NCBI GenBank assembly: GCA_973895155.1
Contig: OZ316891.1
Span: forward strand, 20,036,069-20,100,068
Direction of reading: 5' to 3'
DNA length: 64,000 bases
Origin: Marsupella aquatica
Taxonomy: Eukaryota; Plantae; Marchantiophyta
Shown: piece by piece, positions 52,642 through 64,000 of the stretch
Position numbering within the stretch: position 1 is the stretch's first letter
How the letters are laid out: each line of letters starts with the position of its first letter
Translations under genes and position numbers: made by a program
Notes under the pieces: generated by a model
What the model was told of the DNA's origin: nothing
Database searches by the model: none
Seen by the model: only the letters and a program-made list of their open reading frames with translations

Positions 52642-53399
52642 AGTTCACTTGAGTAGAGACTCATAAGTATTGGATTCAACTATTGTGATTGATTCTTCCC
52701 TTTTATAGGGTTTCATGTATTTATTATAAATAAATTATAATATAATAATTACCTTCATTTAAATTATAATATAATAAATACCTTCATTTACATTGAAATA
52801 AGGGTAGTGACGGTTGTAGCCTTAATCTACAACAGTCTTTTTTCAAAATCTGGTGGATCAAGGTCAACATAATTAGTCAACACTGCTTTTAACAAAGTAA
52901 AAAAGTGGGGCCAAAAGTGACAATTTCATCCTCCCACACAAGTTGTGGGACAATGGTGGTGTTTAGCAGCCTACAGGACACATCATTGTCATCCGAACTG
53001 AGAACTCTTGGTGATCAATGGCAGGCATGTTGCTAGTTTGCACTTCATGTTCTTCCCATGTGATTTACTCTTAACTTTAAGTTAGAGTTTGATTGGCTGT
53101 TTAGGTGATGCTAGGCTTTTAGTTCCCCTTCATTGGATCTTGGCTTGTGTGGGACTAGTATATGGCTCCTCCTCCTTGGCTTGTTTTTCTTGGGGCCCTT
53201 TTTCCTCTTTTCCTCCCCTTTTATTGGATTTATTGGATTGCTTTGCCTTTGGATCATGTCTCCCGGTTTGGCCTTTCTTGCCTTTGGGCACTGTGATATA
53301 TACTCCTTATGTATTCTGTTCACCCTTGGGACCCATTTAATTGTTTAAGTATTCTTTATGATGTACCTCTTTTGTGGAATCTGTGGCAACAGAAGCTCC

Positions 53400-54520
53400 A
53401 CCAATCAAGTGGTTGTAATTCCATTCTAAGGACTACCACAAGGCCCACCATACCGTAATCGAGAATCCCCATTCAAGTCCACACCTTTCTTTATCCCATA
53501 TGGACATCCGACATTCTTGGAAGAATATCTCCACCAGATATAGTATATACCCTGAAAAAGTTCCGAAGGCCGTAACCACTAGGAGAGAAGGTCACACAAG
53601 TGAATGAAGGAGGCCCAGTAAAGTAGTGGAATTGAGTATCCTAGTCCCTTTTTTTATTGCTTGCTGAAAAAGTTACATAGATATAGCAACAAGTGAATCC
53701 ACTAGACCCAATAAGGGTGGCTTGACAAGACTCAAGGGCCCATTTGTTATTTTTATTCCCTCTAAGATTAAATCCGTGCCATATCATGATTGGCAAGGGC
53801 TGGATTTGGTTTTACACTAACTCAGGGGGGTCCAGATTTACACATGGCAAGAAGGGGCCCAAGTAAGGTTGATGTGAATTGTTTGTTTTGTCTAGAACTT
53901 TAGACCTGTTTGAGAGGTGGTCCAAACATTTCCAACCTTTGGCTCCCTCACTCAAGGGATTTGCACTTCATTTCAAAAAACATTGTTTAGCAATCTATGT
54001 TAAACACCAAAAAACTACCTGCACTTCTTGTAAAGCCACCGCAAAGTTGTGGAAATGTATCCTAGTACTTTTCTTACAGCTTGAGGAAAACGTTACAAAG
54101 GAAACAACAACTAGGAGAGATGTCCAACAATTGAATAAAACATAGACCCCCCTCCTAAAGGGGTGGAAATACGTATCCCAGTCCCTTTCTTTTATCTTGA
54201 GGAAAAAGTTACAAACAACGCAACAATGATGGGAAATGGTCCCACAAGTTGGTTTCTTTGTCCTTTTTCCTTTTGTATTTAAAAAGTGGTCCCGCAACTG
54301 AATAAAGAGACCCAATAAAGGACGAGAGATGGTATCTAATTCCCTGCTTTTTTGGTCAGTTCGAGGCAAGAGGTGGATGCAATGCCCGTGAGGAAAATCC
54401 TCATCAATGCATACCCAATGGCGTCTAGGCACCTAGCCCCCCTTGAGTGATACCTTGAGAAAAACAGAGTGAAAGGAACAGTAGATGCATTCTCCCTTAG
54501 TCCTAGTGTGGTTTGCACAA
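53400..54520 (-). mobile_element. Degenerate LINE 3' region
   Basis: Broken minus-strand ORFs with VEIFFQECR (~HLFFEC) and TVWWALW (~VWxIW) remnants. Confidence 0.35.
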
Positions 54521-56783
54521 ATAATAAATAATCCTGCGGCTTCTAGACTTGGCGTACTAAAAATGGTGGGCTGGAAAACCATGTGGGTGGTTGAAAAACT
54601 ATATATGAGGTGTAAACTAATACCGGGGAAACTAACACTGGGGAAACTAACACTGGAGAAAAGTTTAAAGTCTTACTAAAGAATACTTGGGTGACTTGTA
54701 GGTAGCTCCCTTCTTTCCACAAACGGATTTAAATGGCCTAAGCTGTGGATATTGGCTAGTTCTATTTTGGCCTCTTTTCTGCCCCTTGGGACCCCTTTTG
54801 CCTTTGGGCCTGCTGATCTCCCTCTCCGTGGGGTTCATGCGGAATAACTAGAAACTTCAAAAAAAAATTATAAAAATAAAATAAAATACTGAGGGAATAA
54901 ACTGAGAAACCTCTTTGGTTTGGAAGAAGTTTTTAACTGTCACCCTAGGTCCATTAGTTTGTTTCCTCTTCCTTGCTTGTTAGGGGTTTCCCTTCGCTCA
55001 CTTCTTCCGTGTTTGATTTTTGTCTGCTTTGGACCCCTTTTGTTCTTTCTTTTGTACTATGTTTGGCTTTTGTTGTAAAATGGTTGTATTCATTCCCACA
55101 AAAGTATGTAAAAATGACTTTTCACAATTGAGAGCTACCTTATGCAGCCCACATTTGCAACCCTAAACCAATGTTCTGGCAGCGTTGAAATTGTGCCCTA
55201 AATGGGCCTCATCCGCCAGGATCGATGGACTTGTTTAGTGGAAAACGGATATCAAGGCCCCACAAGTTCCAGCCTTTGAAAATGAAGAGAAAAGGATCAT
55301 GTGGTAATGCCCTCAAGTTTTTTTCCCAGAAATCTAGTGATTTGTGGACAAGGTACACTAAAGATAGCTCTCACTCTCTAAACCAAGTTATCACCTCGGT
55401 AATCCCACAATCTGCACCAGTCCACGTGGAAATCGTCCAGACTTCACTGGGCGCAGTACCGTAGTAGGGCAGGTAACGTCCGCGACAGCAAGGCCACCAC
55501 GTGTGTGACTTGGCTCCGGAATATCCGAAAGAAGATTCAATGCTCGGGATTTGTACCGTCCCTCGAAGTACCGTAGAGCGTCATGGGAGGTAAAGTGGAA
55601 TCCCGTAAAAGCCAGGGAGGGCTTGTTTGGTCCGACGGGAACGGCATTAGCCCATGAGGCTGCGGATGTCCCGACGGCGAGAAAGGACTGCGCAGTTGGA
55701 TTCCTGACGAGAGGCTGTTCCCCACAAATAGCATTTTCGTCGCACAGCACCTCGTCAAATATTTCGTTTTAGCAATTTATCAAGATTTCCTGATTTTGTG
55801 GAAAACATCAGATCGCCCGATGGGGAATGTTACTAGAATGTGGTTTTACGTAAAATAAAGAATGACATATATTGATGGTTCACATAGTCTAACGTTCTCA
55901 TGATATTATTTCTATTTCGCGATTCCTGATGGTGACCAAGGACTGCAGAGTCGAACTCCTGATGAGAGGCTGTTCCCCACGGTAACGTTTTGCAATAAGG
56001 TAGTCCAAATTTCAACGGTACTTCTTTTTCCACCAAACCCAAATTTCATATAAATTTACGTTCTAGTTTTTCATCCAGAGACAAGTGAGAGAAATAACAC
56101 ATGATGCGCAAAATCTTCCACAGGTACCGAAAAAATTGAGTGGATCTAAGTTTCATAAATCCTTCAAGAACTTGGAAATCCTATCCTTTCAAAAAACAAT
56201 TAAATCTCATCAGAGCTTATAGTTAAGTTTATTATTAAACTTTCTCAATTTTGGAAAAGAAAGAACTCTAACTAATAATCTACTATCAAAAGTACGCTCT
56301 GGAGAGTTACATTTAGACTACTGAAACCTCTACTGTAGGTAACGGCAAGTTTCAAAAGTGAGGAAGCAAACCTTGAACCCGGAACACATCGACGGCTCCC
56401 GGGCCAGTCAAAGTGTCAAACACATCCTCTGACGTGTAAGGTTCTCAATATTCTTCTATTCCGTGACTCACTGACTCGTCATGGGACCAGCCCGTCGACG
56501 GCGACCGTGGACTGTACAGCGGTGTCCTAACCGTACCTGCCTGTTCGTGAAAATCATGTCACGGCAGACAACTGAGCGCGTCGACGGCGAATCGCTTTGG
56601 AAGCCACGGTGGGGGCAGGTGGGGGAGGGGCTTGGTTGGACCGGAACGCCATGGGACCGTGGTCGACCGCGTAGACCCCCCGTGCCTGGAGAAACAGCGG
56701 TGTCGAAAGGAAAGGAAGCGAACGGAGAGTGAAGCTTTCTGGAGAGGAGAGGAAAGGAGAGGAGAGGAGAGGAGAGCGAGAAA

Positions 56784-56928
56784 ATGTCGACGGGAGAAAA
56801 GAAGAGGAGCAGTGCAGCGGTCCAACAACACGAGACGCATGGGATTGTTGTCTCCTCTCATCCGCTCTTGTAATCTCGCCATGTCTTGCCGCTCTTTATT
56901 ACTCGGTGAAGTTTCGTTTCGAGGCTGA
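56784..56928 (+). other. Overlapping upstream ORFs in the putative S6K 5' leader
   Basis: ATG 56784-TAA 56873 (MSTGEKKRSSAAVQQHETHGIVVSSHPLL) and ATG 56839-TGA 56928 (MGLLSPLIRSCNLAMSCRSLLLGEVSFRG), following a (GAGAG)n tract. The leader extent is inferred; a probable leader intron ends at CACCTTAG (~57775). Confidence 0.45.
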
Positions 56929-57801
56929 CTTGCAGAAGAGTGGTGACGGGGTCAAGAAGTTGGACGGGAGAGAAGACGAGGAGCGCAAGGGGTGCAAGGG
57001 GTGCAGCAACACGGCACACAGGCGAGCGGGAAATTTGCTTCTCATAGGCTGTCGCAATCTCACGGTGCCTAATCTCGTCCACTCTTTGTTATTGGTCGGT
57101 AAAGTTTCGTTTCGAGGAGAAAAGATTGCCAGATTGCAGAAGAAGAGTCACGGACGGACGCGCATCATCTTCCTCAGGCACAGGAGAGGAGCCACTGTTT
57201 TCGGTACGAGCAGAAAAAAATGGCTTAGTGAACACATAACATTGGCGAACGCGCGAAATAGGGGGACGCGCAAGCAAGTGGAGCAGAAGGAAAGTAGGAC
57301 ACGGGGAGAGTCCATTGGGGACAACGTGGTGGTGGTCGTGTAGAAATCCGGGTCGGGCTCGTTGTAGATAAGCACAATGTAACCCTTGTGCATCCTCCTG
57401 GCCGCCCTCGAGCGTGCTGTGTTGTGCTGTGTAGGTTTCCGTATTTGTGCTTGTGTTAGCTTTCGTTAATATTTTCTCTCTGGACGCTTCTCTGAGCGAG
57501 TTAGGTCTTGTTGACGAGACCTCGGGCTGAGATTATTTGCAATGCGACTTTTGTTGAACCAAATTTCATGGTGCGGTCTCAATTTCGCACTGTGATGGTG
57601 TTTTGCAATCTTCTGTGACAAGAAATCTTTCGGGACGGCCCGACACCGTACCACCTGAATTTGGACTCTTATTTCCTGCTCGGGTGGAGGTATTCATATT
57701 TTCCCGACTCTCTCCTTTGGGCCCGTTCCGTTGGTTAGTAGTTTGATAGTTTCGTACGACCTTTTTTCACCTTAGAAGAGCTCTTCCTGGGTTTGTCAGA
57801 C

Positions 57802-60375
<2,574 letters not shown>

Positions 60376-61189
60376 TTGAATCATCCCAAAGCAAACGTAA
60401 GCCAGCTATGTTTTTTATACATACAAGCTGGCAGGTTGTACAGATTGATGGGATCTTTTACAGGTTGCAACCCTGCTCCGAGAAGTGACTGGACTTCTCA
60501 ATGTACTTTAGTATTCTTGGGGTGGCAAGAACTCAAATTGATGCGTTTTGTAACGGGACTTGTACTCATAGAGACCATGATTTATCTTAATCCAGTAAAT
60601 TCCAGATCTTGTTGTTTCTAGACTAACCCAGGGATTTTATAATTTTGATGCTGGAGTCAAGTAATCTGCCAGTGACTTTTAACCGTCCGACCATTTTATA
60701 CAGTTCAATAGAAACCCAACATTGGGCTAGTATTGGAGAATTTTCGCCAGAATGCCTGGCTGTGTATCCGGAGAATGCCTTCCAAGTGAACCTAGATGTT
60801 TCCTAGGAATCATTAATAGTTACCCTAGCCACCAGTCTTTCATAGTTTCAATTAGTCGTATCTGTTTACTGCAATTTAGCAAACCCGATATTTTTTCAAT
60901 TTTAATGTAGTAGCTTTCGAAGACCTATTCTGTGGTCTGCATTTCAGTTGAGACCTGAAAGTTGAACGTTCAGCGAACTGGACTTTGTTTTAAAAAGACT
61001 GCCACTTACGCACGTCGCTAAAATAAAAACTGAGCCTCCATGGTATTCTTTTGAATCTTGATTGGGCTTTTCAATGTTTTCGAATCCTCTTCGAGATATT
61101 GCTTTGGAGATATTGTGCATAATCGAACGTAGTCTGTGTTCTTCCAACTCTTAGTGGTAGAGCATCATGATATTGCTTAAAATTTAGTG

Positions 61190-61304
61190 GACCTCTTCAC
61201 TTCTGTACTGCCTGTGCCCATAGCTGCATTGAATGTTTGGTGTCTTGACCTCTTCACTTCTGTACTGCCTGTGCCCATAGCTGCATTGAATGTTTGGTGT
61301 CTTT
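61190..61304. repeat. 57-bp tandem duplication
   Basis: GACCTCTTCACTTCTGTACTGCCTGTGCCCATAGCTGCATTGAATGTTTGGTGTCTT x2. Confidence 0.95.
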
Positions 61305-62219
61305 TCTCAGGTCCTAGAAATAGTCACTGTGTCAGAAATGCTGTGTACTTGAATGTGCACCAAGTGACAGTGACTTGCGTAGCGCATCATTCAAAAGACT
61401 CACAACACTGTATGAGTTCGGGGCTAAGCTTTATCATGGTGGAAAAATTCCCTGACGGTGAAAATTAAAATTTATGCTTTACTTTCTAATTTAAGAATCC
61501 CACTTCAACATCCACTCCAACGTCAACTTGCTCCCATAACATGCGTCACAGTTCTATCCCAAACGCTATAAGGACAGTAAGTGATCTCTTAAGTGTTCAC
61601 TTTGGGCAGGATTCCTGAATGCGTGATGACACCTTCCTGAAGATGCAGGAGGGGCTCGGCCAGTTAATTTCAAGTAGATTGTCACTCTTGTCTCTTGTCT
61701 TTGGATGACGTGTCTACAAGACTCAGCTGTCTCCAGGCGCGGTTTCAGAAGTTTGTCACTCTTGTGATTTCTAGCGTATTTTATAAGGTTTTTACTTTTT
61801 TGCCAGAGGGGCAAATGTCCAGTGTGTGAAGGAGAAGATGCTCAAATATTCGTAATACAATTATTTCCCTGACCGTCGGATCTCCTTAGATATAAGGATG
61901 ACCGTTAGATTCTAGCTAATGGGACCTGTGATTAGGTGGAACGTTGGCTAATGAGACAGAAAAATACTAGCTAATTTTTGCCAAAACTGGCAAAATCTTT
62001 TTGGGGAGGTGATATTTGGTGAATTCTTTTGCCAAAAATGTTGCTTATGACCATACTCTATTGGGAGTAGGATCTAGCCTATAAATAGGTCATAGTGTAC
62101 TGGGGTACAAGTATAATCAGCATCCGTATCTGGTATCATAGACAAGTATAGCAATGTTCTATTCTACAGAAGATGATAATTATGTCATATGTACAAGGTC
62201 TACGATCGTGAGTAGTCAG

Positions 62220-62969
62220 TTGACAATGGTATCCTCCCTTTGGGTGGAGTATTAAAGGTGTTTTAAGGGGGGGGGGGGAGTGGAATTCTGGTGTGGATGA
62301 GGAATAAATATGAGTAAAAATTCAAATGAAATTGTTTGTCTCACTGTCAAGTATGAGAGTCCATTTTCTTTTATAAAGCAAATGACCCTTGAGACTAGAA
62401 ATTTGACCAACATTATAAAGCAAAAGTATTACAACTACTCTTCTTCTTAGCACAACCAGGTGTGTAACTCCATTCAGTTGGCCATGACTGACCCCCTTAG
62501 GTCAAGGTTAAAGGTACATTGGCAAGAGTAGTTATAGATGAAAAGTGTTCCCAATAAGCCAAACCCAAATTGTACAAAAATAAAGTACATGGGTGTGATC
62601 AATCTCAAATCCTAAACATGTCTCTGTCCCTCATCCACACCAGAATTTCACGGCACACTGTACAATTCCTCTGAGATGTACAATCAAGTGTATTATACCC
62701 AAAATCATCAACAACTATAAAATATAATGTCTGTTTCCTTAATAAATCATCACAGAATTTTTGTTATTTCTGGGGAAATAGCTTAGTGGTTTATAGCACT
62801 GGTTCTTTGCCCAACACATACGGGAGTACGTAAGGGTTTGATGTTGCTACATGATGGCGCACCTTTCTCAACAACAATTACTTTGTCCTTTATTTGCCTT
62901 TCCAGAAATGAACTTGTTACCAGGAACACAAAGCTCACCACAGAAGTTTAGGAGCGAGGACCAAAAATT
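62220..62969. repeat. Dispersed repeat family, copy C
   Basis: Colinear with 4290-4940 (see copy A) and truncated where the LTR at 62970 begins. Confidence 0.8.
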
Positions 62970-64000
62970 TGTTAAGGATTGCTCTTATTCTTGTTACTCA
63001 AAGGTTACGGTACTTAGGCTAACCACAGTTAGGGTCTTAGCTAAGGTTAGGTTAGTCGTGTATGACCTTGTATATACCAAGGCTAGTGTAAGCCGCTGGT
63101 GTGGTGTGCTTACTCATTGTAACGGAGCAACTTGAGGAAGAGGGAGAGCATGTGTGTTTGTCTACTCTTGAAGTAAAGCTTGAGTGTTCGTGTGGACGTA
63201 GCCTTGGAGAAAAGGTGAACCACGTAGAGATTGTGTCGACTACGTGTGCATGGAATGAATCATGGTTGTATGGTCGTTGCAAATGACGTCTTAGTTCAAC
63301 AATTCGTATCAGAGCAAGCCTGGGAGGTGACGTTGAGGTGATCAAAATTTTCGTGACATGTTGGTGACGGTTTTTTCCAGCGGTTAGAGTCGGTGGATTT
63401 CACGGAGTTCCGTCGCATGGAACTTGGAGCTGTTGGGCTCAACGGATAGATCGGGGCAAGGGCTATCTAACGGTGTAAAGAAATCTTTGAATGGAGTTTG
63501 TGGTGCGGAGGAATTCATGTTTCCATCGTTCTGGATTTTTTGTGATTCGTGTTCGACGGTTTTCTTTGATGGTTCTTTTGGGGTGGCACCTGAGATCGTT
63601 TACTCAACGGTGTGAGATTTGCGGTGGACGAGGTGACGCATACTATAGCTCAAATCGTAGATCGGGCAAAGCTGATCGTTTTGGTAGCTGGTCTACTGTT
63701 GAAGGTGTAGCGAGTGTGACGTTCCGAGCAAAAGAGCCGTTCTGAGTTTCTGACCGGCTATGAAGTCTTTTTTTGACTGAAGCGGGGTTTCTTGTCGTTA
63801 CGTCCGACTCGGAGGAAGATTCGTGAAGTGCTGCGGCTTAAAGGAGAGATTTAGGGTTTAGTTGCCAAATATTCCACAATACGAATTTTGTGTCAACTTG
63901 TTTTGTTTTTGATCTGGTGTTAGATCAAATCGATGTTGTTACTGCTTTTCTCTATGGCACCTTGGAAGAACAATTTTCATGAGGCAACCACTGGGCTTTG
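62970..64000 (+). mobile_element. 5' LTR (~62970-63301), PBS and leader of an LTR retrotransposon (probably Copia) running off the window
   Basis: TGTTAAG... to ...TCAACA (TG...CA with TGTT/AACA inverted ends), followed by ATTCGTATCAGAGC (~TGGTATCAGAGC, tRNA-iMet PBS) and a non-coding leader. Confidence 0.7.

Noticed and set aside
54826-54851. Possible Helitron 3' end (short hairpin plus CTAG)
   Set aside because: Weak hairpin, the following base is not T, and no matching 5' TC end was identified.
55700-55990. CTGA(C/T)GAG motifs as hammerhead cores
   Set aside because: A stem-loop follows, but the required GAAA and cleavage-site arrangement is missing.
56729-57343. 204-aa ORF upstream of S6K
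   Set aside because: Non-ATG start in a GA microsatellite, no in-frame Met and no recognisable domain; treated as leader sequence.

Overview
Eukaryotic nuclear DNA from a land plant, probably a liverwort (inferred from the cox3 NUMT sequence, its lack of the moss cox3i506 intron, and the GT-AG spliced genes). Seven protein-coding genes can be reconstructed. These are the 3' part of a GW-rich uncharacterised plant protein, plastid ribosomal protein bS6c, a HAD-family 5'(3')-deoxyribonucleotidase, a COX23-like twin-Cx9C protein, an inositol-tetrakisphosphate 1-kinase, a MESD-like KDEL chaperone and an S6 kinase. The intergenic DNA contains decayed Copia and LINE fragments, putative solo LTRs, a small Helitron, MITE-like elements, many tandem arrays and a mitochondrial cox3 insertion. 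The most unusual object is a miniature LTR element at 48.7-49.3 kb whose ~130-bp LTRs each contain a tRNA-like sequence with Pol III A and B boxes. Also notable are a cluster of long imperfect hairpins at 35.2-35.5 kb and a NUMT that keeps apparently unedited C residues. All calls come from reading the sequence by eye; no database searches were run.
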